In this document: in pieces, positions 1 through 12,000 of the stretch | How the letters are laid out: each line of letters begins with the position of its first letter | How positions within the stretch are numbered: the first letter of the stretch is position 1 | From: Nemertoderma westbladi | Lineage: Eukaryota; Animalia; Xenacoelomorpha | Direction of reading: 5' to 3' | Assembly (NCBI GenBank): GCA_032718475.1 | Contig: JAUCBJ010005441.1 | Coordinates: 1-64,000 of the forward strand | DNA length: 64,000 nucleotides | The notes under the pieces: model-generated | Databases searched by the model: none | What the model was told of the DNA's origin: nothing | The model's input: only the letters and a program-made list of their open reading frames with translations | Program-made: the position numbers and the translations under genes

Positions 1-1340
1 GGGGGTACCAATAAGACACCTCCAATGCTATATAGTGTCTGGTTGGAGATGTGTGCATTGTACTTGACACAATGAACCCGGCGTAGCATTCTTGTGAATG
101 TGCCATCCAGAGATTTGGTGTCCTCAGCAGTTAGAGCCCAGCATGGACTCCCATAGAGGAGTACTGGACTGGAACTATTGCTGCTCTAAATAATCGGACC
201 TTAAGTTTCCGATTAATTCTCTGTGACTTCCAAATCCCGGAGAGCCTATTCAAGGCTGCCCATGCCTTTCCCTTACGTATTCGAAGGTCCTCACCTGATT
301 TCCGGATCCATGATCCCAGGTAACAGAAGTCATCCACATGCTCAAGCATACCATCCTTTGAGCTTATGCTCATCCGGTCAGAGACTTTCTGAGGACTTTC
401 AAAGTTAACTGTCAAATTTTGTTTTTTTTGGAGTTAATAAAAAGACCAACACTAGAAGCAGCCTGTTCTAATGAGCTGAGGAGCCGTTGGACTACCTCTA
501 GTGATTCTGAGAGTACCCCTAAGTCATCAGCAAAGTCTAGATCAGTTAGGTACTTGGCAGGATTTCCTCGACTTCTGGAGCCAGTAGGTGGAGTTACCAT
601 CACCCCATCATCATTATGATGATCTAAGGACATGCGTAGAAGATAGTCAACCACAATTATGAACAAGAATGGCGCAAAGTGTATCTCCTTGGAGGACTCC
701 CCATAATACTTCAAATGGTTCTGTGTCACCATCAACAGTAGACACAAATGTTGTCGAACCATCGTATACTGATCTGATTACTGCAATAATTTCATCAGGA
801 ATCCCATATAGTGAAAGTATGCTGAACATACGTAGACTGAATCAAAGGCCTTGAAAAAGTCAACAAAGATAACAGCCAGCTATGCCTATCTTTCTTTTTT
901 GATAACTCTTCAATTATCCTTCTAGTGCCAAAATGGGCTCCATGGTCCCACGACCTTTACGGAACCCATTCTGATTTCCACGGAGCAGTCTCTCAATGGG
1001 ATCCCTGATGCGATTTAATTGAATTCTATTGTAAAGCTTTGCAGCAATCGAGATCAATGAGATTCCCCGAAAAGAACCATAGAGTGTTAGGTTGCCCTTC
1101 TTGGGAACTGGCACCAACTGATTTGTTTTCATTTCATGTGGGACTCTTGTTGTTCTGTACATGGTCCCTGATGGGATAGATGAGCTTTAAACACTCAGGT
1201 ATTTTAAAGGCCTCAATGGGAACACCATCTACTCCACTGGCGCGATTGGTCTTAATGCTCTTTGCAGCAGCCTTCACTTCTGCAAAGAAGATATCGCCAA
1301 TGGGAATATCTGGGAGTACAGAGTCAGACACTTTTACACC
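1..1340 (-). mobile_element. RTE-clade non-LTR retrotransposon, degenerate reverse transcriptase fragment running off the window start
   Basis: Frameshifted ORF pieces carry LINE RT motifs in order: PVPKKGNL..FRGISL, NQNGFRKGRG, GVLQGDTL, LDFADDL, VDDFCYLGS, IRKGKAWAA. A closely related copy lies at 59660-60693. Confidence 0.9.
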
Positions 1341-2479
1341 TATAAAGTAACATATTAGTGTAGCACATCTTACTGTTACATTGGATAGCAGTGCATTAAA
1401 TACAAATAGTACCACAGGGTATGTAAGATTGAAAATTATGCTTAAATAAAGGTGATTATGATTACTGACTGATTTCAGGAACTGATAAAACTAAATTACA
1501 GTCATGGCGTCATTTCTAAGAGCGGATAGTAAACGAAAGTAAACGCCTCTTTTCTATTCAATAGTAGTCCAGCTGTCCAGTATTTGATGAAAGTCAAATA
1601 GGGAATAATAACCATATTCTGCTACCGTGTACCGGTATCGGTACCTGTAGTACTGCTGCCTATGACTGACTTGACTTTAGGCTGTCAGGACTTTATTGTT
1701 TACTTTACAGTACAGCAGTTGTGTTGTAGTCAAATCCAAGTCCAGTGCATCCAATACAGCAATAGTCCAACACTGCTCCAAGGTTCGATGCATTCACAGA
1801 TTCAGGTACAACAAACTGCTGAACTGTACATTGTACAATCAAATATATAGTTTCAATTACAATTACCAGATTACCTACAACAACAACAGTACAATACGGT
1901 ACGATACAGGTACAGTGGTCAGTCAGTCAGTGATAGACTGATAGAATTACAATTTTTTATAAATTTACAAGTTTGTATATGCCTACCGTGAATTTGTACA
2001 TGCAGCAGACACAAAGAGCAGAGGCATGCTACACAGCCTGACAGCTTCAGTCAAAGTGCTATGGTCTGATGCTTGTCTGCTTGTTATTGTTATGGAAAAA
2101 TCACTGACACAAACGCATAAACCAATTAGGCCGTACAGCAGCTGAGCAGTACAAGGAAAATTTTTCGCAGGGCAAGGCATCAAGCACAAACCAAATGCTG
2201 TTCAAGGGCAGAAGGGATTCATTTTGAACACAAGCAACCGGAAGGTACATTACAGCATTATCTGATTACTGGATTATGCATTACACAGTTACACCATACA
2301 TTCATATACTGTCTTACGGTCTGCCGGTACCGGTAATTATTACAGTATTCAGGTATTAGTTCCTTTCGTCCATCGGTCTGTCGGTACATTGATAAATACA
2401 GAAATACAATACTGCAATAGCCTTAACTAAGCCTAAAATGTCTAATGGACACATCGCTATCCACTATGGTAATTAATAT

Positions 2480-2733
2480 CACATTTGAGGCACAGTGGTA
2501 AGAAATTTTTTTATCGATTCCTGGATTCCCCTGTGCCCGTGGCGAACCACTTATACTATTTTTTCAAACTTTGATGATTCCCCTATGCCCATGGCGAACC
2601 ACTTATACTTTTTTCAAAAGTTTGTTGATTCAGCTACGCCCATAGCAGCAAACCACTCCTTTTCAAAATTTTTTATTCCTATATGCCCTTATGGCCACTG
2701 GGGAAAGGTGTTTGTCACTGTGCCTCAAATGTG
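2480..2733. mobile_element. Non-autonomous TIR element (MITE) with CAC..GTG ends
   Basis: TIR cacatttgaggcacagtg / cactgtgcctcaaatgtg, degenerate internal ~53-bp repeats (ccctatgcccatggcgaaccactt), AT on both flanks. Confidence 0.65.
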
Positions 2734-2901
2734 ATAGAACCATCCACTATCAGACTATCACTCACTAAAAACTTATGCTTAGTTGTTCACTGATTGAGAA
2801 GTGACTGACATATCCCATATCCAGATATTGGATATAAACAAAACAGCTACAATCAGACAATTAACAGCAGAACAGATAGCTGGATAGAGGACGACTGGAA
2901 G

Positions 2902-4413
2902 ATGGTACGATCAGTAACGATCTGCAATATTCGCGTTCCGGTTACATACGCACGATATCTCCAACGCAACTCCACGGCAATCCGCATAGTAGCGGGTGCC
3001 ATCGCCACTATAGTAACTGGAATATACGTAGCAGTGGGGGTTCCGTGGGGACGAAAGAAACCAAACAAACAACGTGTCGGCTCAGGGGACACACCACTCG
3101 TCCCTGGATTAGTCAACCTCGGTAATACTTGCTTCCTTAACTGCGTATTACAGGCCATGGCTTCGTGCTCGGAGTTCGTTGATTGGTTGAAGATTAACGA
3201 CTCAACGCCTCTGCAGCAAGCCTTACTCCAGACACTGCGAGTACTGAGCGACAAATCGGATGCATCCGTTGTGACTCCTTCTCGTGTCATAGCAACTCTA
3301 CAACGGAGCGGATGGAGTATCCCAGAGACTCAGCAACAAGACGCATACGAACTGTTCCAAGTGATAATGACCACGTTGGACGAAGAGAAACTATACCAGT
3401 CCGATTTAACAACTAAGTCGCCGGTTCTCGAGAGCACGAGATGTCCGAAAGGGCAACAGAGCTCCGCCAGTCTAGGGATGATGCTGAGGAGTAGAGGGGA
3501 TGTCTGCCGCAACCTAGAGTCTAGCATCCCTTTTCGTGGTCAGTTGGCCAATCAATTGCAGTGCACAGTCTGCTCCACTAAGAACCCTATTAGATACGAG
3601 CATTACGATAGCATCAGTCTCACCCTACCGACCAGGTCACGGTACCCGCTCACACTGGATGGCCTACTGGCCGACTTCGTGGCGTTCGAAAGAGTCAGAG
3701 ATATCGAGTGCGCGAACTGCGGGAAAGTTCCCCGTGATAACGGGGAAACAATTAGAAACAACGGGACAATAAAGTTGCCGAGACGAACTTTCAGGAAGCA
3801 GTTAATGATTGGTAAACTCTCCACCAATCTGGTACTCCACATTAACCGACAGACATGGCTGCCGAACGGACAGCCGTCTAAGAACCCAGCGTATGTGGCC
3901 TTCCCGGACACCTTCAACCTAGAGACTTCCCGTTACCTCCCCCTACATCGCAGACACGCCCCTAACGGACTCATAAAGAACTCTCGCCACATCGGGAACA
4001 GGCCACAGAATGGGCTACGAAACGACCGCGTTCCTCCAGACACGACGAACAGCAAGGGGAACGCCTTCAATTACCTACGACCCACTGTGCGACACCCGTT
4101 GGGCGAGTACCTCGACCCCATGCTGCCGCACGCGACGGCCCTCACAGCGCCCACCGATACCCGGGCGTTGGGGGCGACTATGGCGCATCGTTGGAGCAAC
4201 AACTACCGACTGCAGGGCGTCATCGTGCACGTAGGGGATACGTGGGGCGGACACTTCGTCACGTACCGCAGGGTTCCGTGCGGGGAGGAATGGTTGGAGT
4301 GTTCGGATGAGTCAATAGCACGACGCAGTCGCGCCCATGTGCTACAACAACAGGCATACATGTTGTTTTACCAACGGTTACCTCAGCCACACGAGGAATT
4401 AGTCATGGATTAG
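2902..4413 (+). CDS. USP30: Ubiquitin carboxyl-terminal hydrolase 30 (USP family, mitochondrial outer-membrane type), intronless
   Basis: N-terminal hydrophobic segment followed by a basic patch, then Cys box GLVNLGNTCFLN, QQQDAYE, CxxC pairs, His box HVGDTWGGHFVTYRR and QAYMLFY. This layout is typical of USP30. Confidence 0.88.
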   Translation: MVRSVTICNIRVPVTYARYLQRNSTAIRIVAGAIATIVTGIYVAVGVPWGRKKPNKQRVGSGDTPLVPGLVNLGNTCFLNCVLQAMASCSEFVDWLKINDSTPLQQALLQTLRVLSDKSDASVVTPSRVIATLQRSGWSIPETQQQDAYELFQVIMTTLDEEKLYQSDLTTKSPVLESTRCPKGQQSSASLGMMLRSRGDVCRNLESSIPFRGQLANQLQCTVCSTKNPIRYEHYDSISLTLPTRSRYPLTLDGLLADFVAFERVRDIECANCGKVPRDNGETIRNNGTIKLPRRTFRKQLMIGKLSTNLVLHINRQTWLPNGQPSKNPAYVAFPDTFNLETSRYLPLHRRHAPNGLIKNSRHIGNRPQNGLRNDRVPPDTTNSKGNAFNYLRPTVRHPLGEYLDPMLPHATALTAPTDTRALGATMAHRWSNNYRLQGVIVHVGDTWGGHFVTYRRVPCGEEWLECSDESIARRSRAHVLQQQAYMLFYQRLPQPHEELVMD

Positions 4414-5129
4414 TATCTATAACAACTATAGGCCTATTATTGCAGGTCTATGCATCAATTTAGTGCACCAATATTGTGTGTATAGACATCATATCATGGC
4501 GAGGTAATTGTTTGCTGGCACTGTAAATAGCCGCCAATGACGGATCTAGAACTTATTTTGAGAATTAGTTCAATAATTTTCTAGCATTTTTATTAGTCAT
4601 CTTGTTTTAAATTACATCGTTTCTTATAGAATAGAGATTTGATTTTGAATAATATAAATCATTTGTATGCATTGGTAGAGATATGATTATATGCTGAAAC
4701 TTATTAGGAAGTATTAACTTCCTCACTAAACTTGTTACAAGATCATTCAATGGGGGTTCATAGTCTACAGATTGGTTCATATGTCATTATCCCATTATAT
4801 AAGTTTTTAGTTGTTCCTTAATATTTTGATTGTGTTTATAATCCAAACCTCAGTAAAACCTTGCATACCACCAGATGTGCCATTTCAGACTCCGTTCGTA
4901 ACCTCTTCAAATAAAACAAAATCCATGTATTTCAAAGGTTCCGGATTACTTTGCTTGCGAATTCAAAAGTTGCCAAGAATGTTAAAATCCTATCCAAATA
5001 AAACTTACGACTTAGTTTGTTAGTTATTTCTCCTTATTTATTTGTAGTGAGAAACAATCGAACACGGCAGAATTCGTCAAACAAACATTAAAATTCCTCA
5101 AAAACCGACAAGCCGACTTCAGGGAATTA

Positions 5130-5302
5130 TTTGAAACATACATTATGGATTCTCTCTCCTCTAAGGCAGGCAGGTTGGGGTCTAAATTCCCTATAAACTT
5201 ATAAAATAAAGAGTTTGTTACTTTATTTTATAAGTTTATAGGGAATTTAGACCCCAACCTGCCTGCCTTAGAGGAGAGAGAATCCATAATGTATGTTTCA
5301 AA
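5130..5302. repeat. Perfect inverted repeat (82-bp arms, 9-nt loop), probable foldback MITE
   Basis: 5130-5211 is the exact reverse complement of 5221-5302. Confidence 0.9.
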
Positions 5303-5938
5303 CAAACATAATTAATTATTTAATGCTTTTAAATTTACACGATTCTGATTCCTCCGAAATCTACGAGTGATAAATTTTTAGTTCATTTATTTACTACTAC
5401 AATTCGCACACACCCACTCACACAATATTTCAATAAAGATTATAACGTTTTATTGACACTTTTACTTATAACTTAAAAACCAAAATAACTACATAGGTTG
5501 AACAGTTTCGAACTTAATAAGAGAAGTATAAAATAGGAGCAGGTGACAAAGAGTAGGGTAGGGAACAAAGAGTGGGGAAAAATAAAAAGAGCACGACGTG
5601 GAGCAAAGAGAGGGTAAAATACAAAGAACAGGAAGGCAGGGGTCAAAATGTGGGACGAGAAACAAAGAAGTCATGGCAGAGAACACAGCAGGGCAAGTTA
5701 CAAATAGTAGTGAAAAATAAAAATAAATGCCAGGAAACACATGGCAAAATAAAAAACAATAGCATGGGAAGAATACAATAAAGAAGTAAGGTCAGAAAAC
5801 AAACAGCAGGGAAAAATACAAAGTGTAGGGCAAAACACCAAAATCTGGGCAAGTACAAACAGAAAACAAAGAAAAACCATTCCGTTATCCTAACTTGGTT
5901 GGTCTATGATATGGTTCCATTCCCTCCACCCGGTTACC

Positions 5939-6087
5939 CTACCTTGGTTGATCTACGTTATGGTTCCACCCGGTTATCGCTTGGAACAGACTGTTCTGCT
6001 GTAGCGGCAATGATAGGTTGTTGCGCTTCCCTGGACTTTGTTTGTTCGGGTGACCAGTCGGCTGGTTAAGAGACCCCGCCTCAAAAC
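5939..6087 (-). CDS. NCOA6: NCOA6 putative coding exon 8
   Basis: Acceptor ttgtttag, in-phase open frame to TAG at 5941-5939; alternative donor ag|gtaggg. Confidence 0.55.
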
Positions 6088-9000
6088 CTAAACAAAACGA
6101 ATCGTCAGTCGGCTACAAACTGTGACATCGAAAGTAAGGAAATACAAAATCGCTGGAAGGGTGAATGGGATTGAGTTAGAACATTTGATTACGTCGTTTG
6201 ACCAAAAAAATTCGCTTTACGCACATCCTCAACTACATATAGAATTAATTAAATACCGGCTTTGTCATAATTAATAAAAATAAATTTATACTCTATCTTG
6301 ATTAATTTAATACTAACCAAGCATACCAATAGTGGGCTCTATACTGTCCAGTGATTGATCAATATCATCGTCGCTTTCTTCCTGAGCTGTTACATTTCTG
6401 ACAACACTTTCTAGAATATCATCAAATCCTTCACCATTGCTCTAATGGGAACACAGGTACATAACTTATTTCACCATAAATTAACTGCAACTTAATATTA
6501 TCACAACTAAATAAGTCTCTTTTTATTATCCACACGCTTCTCGTCTAGGGTGAAGTCAATGATGTGGTTGGTGGGAGGTATTATAAGAATCTACGAATTT
6601 TTTTTGTAAATATTGTTTAATACTTTAAGCCGTTACATACCTGTTCTACTGAACCAGAAGTTGGTGAAGGTTTTGAGTTTGGGTACATTGGGGAAGAAGC
6701 GGCATTGGGGTACATTGGTGAAGCAGCAGTATTGGAGTATAAGGACGACGGCGGTGTATTCGGGAACATTTGTGAAGGGGAATTGTTTGGGAACATTGGT
6801 GATGGAGCAGTGTTTGAGAACATAGGTGATGGAGCAGTGTTTGGGAACATAGGTGATGGAGCAGTGTTTGGGAACATAGGTGATGGAGCAGTGTTTGGGA
6901 ACATAGGTGATGGAGCAGTGTTTGGGAACATAGGCGAGGGCGTTGTGTTCGGGAAAATTTGTGAGGCATTGGTTGGCAGGGGCCACGGTGACATGGGAGG
7001 CCTACGGATACCCATGGGGAAGTTTGAGCTTGAGGGAAGACCTGGAGAGCCGATCGTGTATGGTAACCGCTGCTGGAGGGAATTCTCGTTCTGCAGTAGA
7101 TTCACTAAGAGGGGGCTGCAATGGAGAACATTAATTATTAATCTCCAAAATAAAAATATATTGAGTTTGTATTGTAATGCTTTTGTATGATTGTTTCATA
7201 TTCAAATATAAATTATAATAAAACCGAATGATTAATTACAAAAATTAAACATAATACAATTAAACTCATAAGTACTGACTCTGGAGACCCCAATTTGAAT
7301 GAAGCACTATAATTACATACCGGTACTTAAGTGGTTATGAAATTATAGATGCTAGTAATCATACCGCTTTATAAATATATGTTGCTAAGAGTTTTCGGCC
7401 CGCCCTGAAAAGTAGAGATGGCGGCCCCAATTTCTAAATAAATTGGAGTTGAGCTGTTAATGCAACTGTAATTAAAGGTGTAATATTATGGTTTTGTTCA
7501 ACTTAAGACTGCCTGTTCAATAGAAGTGGATTAGGTGAGAGAGTGAATGTCAGGGACAAGTGGCTGAACTGGTTAGCGCTACTGATGAGGCTTGATAGGC
7601 TGAAACGTATGTAGGCTGAAACGTTCAACCCCCGGTGACGCGCTTTCTCATTTTTTCCATTTCTGAACCAAACCATAATATTACACCAATTTCTAAAAAC
7701 TACATTTTGATTTTTCAGATATTTACTTCACAAGGTTATAAGCATAGTCATCAACTCGCACGATACAATATGCTAACATACAGTAACAGAAACGAACGCC
7801 AGTAGTAACCGGTATCCCATAGTAATGTGTGACGATAGTACGTTGAATGTACGCCCATGTAAAGAATACTAGGTTTTCACTTTTTCGTCTTTTTGGTGGA
7901 AATTTTATTGTAATTATATGAAGGATTTGTATTCTTTTTAATTTCTCATTATTAAATGTTTCATGCTCTTATTCCTATCTAATAACCTGTATAGATATTA
8001 ATTCGTTTATTGTTTTGGTTAGATTCAGCCCTTCTGTAACCCGGGTTTTTAGTGAAAACCTAGTATTCTTCACATGGGGTAAAGTGAAATATAACATCAG
8101 AAACTGTGGTATACTTCACATGGGGATGGGCGTGAATAAATATTAATTGACATTAATGGCTGGCGTCTAAACCGAATAAATATGACAGATAAAAGGTCTT
8201 ATAGTTATTATCGAAATATTTAGTGGTAAATCGAGATAAATATTCATTCAATATACCACGTATGTGGTATATTTCTCACAGTTATCATTAATGGTATTCC
8301 TACCTCAACAAGCTAACGTCTTTGTCCTGCGGCGCATTCAGTTGGGTGACTACATTGAGACGGGGTTTCGGTTGATCCGGTAAGGTGTAAGCTATGGAAG
8401 GTAACCGTGATTGGTTGTACTGGTGGGCTGTGTCGTTTACGGGAGAGCGCAGGTGTGAGTCGGGGATCAGAGAATGTGTGTGCAGAGGGGAACCTGGAAG
8501 TAAACATTAGCTACAGTATTGAGATACACTTTATTGACATATTAATTAAGTGGATAATGGATAATTAATTAAGTGAACCGTTCTCATCAGACTTTAATAA
8601 ATTCCAATTATAAATATTGAAATTTAATTAATACTTCTTAAACATACATCTCTTGCCATTTTAAAATAAATTTAAATAAATATTACTTTAGTAAATAATT
8701 AATTCCCAATGTAAGAATTTGACAAAACCAAAACATTTCTTCGCAAAATAAAATATCGATGTGGACTTTAATCCGGCATCTCGATCCGGCATCCGGCACC
8801 TTTAATCCACCGCTCTGAACTAGCGAGCTATCACTGCGTTCGAACGAGTGAGCTATCCCTGATGAACTAGTGAGCTATCCCTTCTGACCTAGTGAGCTAT
8901 CCCTGCTGAACTAGTGAGCTATCCTAATGAACTAGTGAGCTATCCCTGTTAAACTAGTGAGCTATCCCTGATGAACTAGTGAGCTATCCCATCCCTGATG

Positions 9001-12000
9001 AACTAGTGAGCTATCCCATCCCTGCTGAACTCGTGAGCTATCCCTGCTGAACTAGTGAGCTATCCCTGTTGAACTCGTGAGCTATCCCTGTTGAACTCGT
9101 GAGCTATCCCTGTTGAACTAGTGAGCTATCCCTGTTAAACTAGTGAGCTATCCCTTCTGACCTAGTGAGCTATCCCTGCTGAACTAGTGAGCTATCCTAA
9201 TGAACTAGTGAGCTATCCCTGTTAAACTAGTGAGCTATCCCTGATGAACTAGTGAGCTATCCCATCCCTGATGAACTAGTGAGCTATCCCATCCCTGCTG
9301 AACTCGTGAGCTATCCCTGCTGAACTAGTGAGCTATCCCTGTTGAACTCGTGAGCTATCCCTGTTGAACTCGTGAGCTATCCCTGTTGAACTCGTGAGCT
9401 ATCCCTGTTGAACTCGTGAGCTATCCCTGTTGAACTCGTGAGCTATCCCTGCTGAACGCGTGAGCTATCGTACTGAACTAGTGAGCTATCCCTGTTCAAC
9501 TAGTGAGCTATCCCTGCTGAACTCGTGAGCTATCCCTTATGAACTAGTGAGCAATCCCATCCCTGCTGAACTCGTGAGCTATCCCGGCTGAACTAGTGAG
9601 CTATCCCTGTTGAACTAGTGAGCTATCCCTGTTGAACTCGTGAGCTATCCCTGTTGAACTCGTGAGCTATCCCAGTTGAACTCGTGAGCTATCCCTGTTG
9701 AACTCGTGAGCTATCCCTGCTGAACTCGTGAGCTATCCCTGTTGACCTAGTGAGCTATCCCTGCTGACCTAGTGAGCTATCCCATCCCTGATGAACTAGT
9801 GAGCTATCCCATCCCTGCTGGACTCGTGAGCTATCCCTGCTGAACTAGTGAGCTATCCCTGCTGAACTAGTGAGCTATCCCTGCTGAACTATTTGAGCTA
9901 TCCCTGCTGAACTAGTGAGCTATCCGTGCTGAACTAGTGAGCTATCCCGGCTGAACTAGGAGGTATCCCTGTTGAACTACTGAGCTATGTGAGCTATCCC
10001 TGCTTAACTAGTGAGCTATCCCTGCTGAGCTGGTGAGCTATCCATGCTGAACTAGTGAGCTATCCCTACTGAACTAGTGAGCTATCCCTGCTGAACTAGT
10101 GAGCTATCCCTACTGAACTAGTGAGCTATCCCTGCTGAACTCGTGAGCTATCCCTGTTGAACTCGTGAGCTATCCCTGTTAAACTAGTGAGCTATCCCTG
10201 GTGAACTAGTGAGCTATCCCTGTTGAACTAGTGAGCTATCCCTGTTGAACTAGTGAGCTATCCCTGTTGAACTAGTGAGCTATCCCTGCTGAACTAGTGA
10301 GCTATCCCTGTTGAACTAGTGAGCTATCCCTGCTAAACTAGTGAGTTATCCCTGCTGAACTAGTGAGCTATCCCTGTTGAACTAGTGAGCTATCCCTGCT
10401 GAACTAGTGAGCTATCCTATCCCGGCTGAACTAGGAGCTATCCCTGTTGAACTAGTGAGCCATGTGAGCTATCCCTGCTGAACTAGTGAGCTATACCTGC
10501 TGAACTAGTGAGCTATCCCTGCTGAACTAGTGAGCTATCCCTGCTGACTCGTGAGCTATCCCTGTTGAACTCGTGAGCTATCCCTGTTAAACTAGTGAGC
10601 TATCCAGGCTGAACTAGTGAGCTATCCCTGCTGAACTAGAACTAGTGAGCTATCCCTGCTGAACTAGAACTAGTGAGCTATCCCTGCTGAACTAGTGAGC
10701 TAACCCTGTTGAACTATTGAGCTATCCCTGCTAAACTAGTGAGGTATGCCTGCGTTCGAACATATTATGAGTTTATCAGACATATTACTGATTGGTTTTA
10801 CTATCAGTTGGGCCTATCGAATTACTGAAATTAAAACCATAGAATACGGGTTGATTCCAGTTTAATTTTTGCTCCCAGTTTAGTATTTTATCCGCGATTG
10901 GTTGCTTGAGAAATAACTGGCTGTGATTGGAGAAAAATTCTGCACAATTAATTTTCCTCGGGCAATGAATGATTCCACATGGTGCCATATCAAACAGTCT
11001 GGTAGTTACGGTACAACTACTTACTTCTAGCACCAACAACTGTAGACTGTTAGTACCTGAAGGACGTACCAGCCAGTATAATACCTCAGTCCATTAGTAC
11101 CCTAATGTTGTAGTAAGTAAATCAATCATTATAGCTGCTGTAGCTTTCAGGGTTGGTTGTTTACTCAAACGGCGACAATCCCCCGGGTCTCTTAAGTTGT
11201 CCTTCAGCAAGGGACCTGTCGCACAGATATCTACGTCAACCCGTAGGATGGGTATATTGGGGCTCTCCAAACTATTGGGCGACTTAGCTCCGAGATCTGT
11301 GAAGGAGAACGAGATTAAGAACTACTTCGGAAGGATAGTAGCAATCGATGCCTCCATGTCCATCTACCAGTTCCTTATAGCAGTGCGATCGGAGGGGAAC
11401 GTTCTAACCAACGAGGCGGGAGAGACCACATCCCATCTAATGGGTCTTTTCTACAGGACAATCAGGATGGCCGAGCAGGGAATCAAACCAATATACGTGT
11501 TCGACGGGAAACCACCGGAACTAAAATCCGGCGAGTTGGACAAACGTAAAGAACGGAGGGACGAGGCAGAGAAAGCGCTGGCCGAGGCGCAGGAGAAAGG
11601 CGACACCGAAGGCATAGATAAGTTCAACAGACGACTCGTCAAGGTAACCAAACATCACTCGGAGCAGTGCAAAGAATTGCTACGGGTTATGGGCGTCCCC
11701 TACGTAGACGCGCCTTGCGAAGCGGAAGCTCAATGCGTCGAGATAGTAAACAAAGGGAAGGCCTACGCGGTCGGCACAGAGGATATGGACAGTCTTACAT
11801 TCGGGGCCAAAGTCCTGCTGCGGCATCTAACCTACAGCGAGGCTAGGAAGATGCCGATACAAGAGTACCACGTGGAGAAGGTGCTCAGCGAGTTGGGAAT
11901 AGATAGAAGCGCTTTCATAGATCTATGCATCCTTCTGGGCTGCGATTACTGCCCCTCCATTAAGGGAATCGGGCCGAAACGCGCTATCGATTTAATCACG

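Noticed and set aside
5489-5880. Hydrophobic and lysine-rich short ORFs
   Set aside because: Low-complexity A-rich sequence with no protein motifs.
6705-7190. + strand GDGAVFGNI repeat ORF
   Set aside because: Antisense shadow of NCOA6 exon 6, which has splice sites and a conserved motif on the minus strand.
11197-11247. N-terminal extension of FEN1 in the ORF track
   Set aside because: Starts at TTG; the conserved FEN1 start is MGI at 11248.
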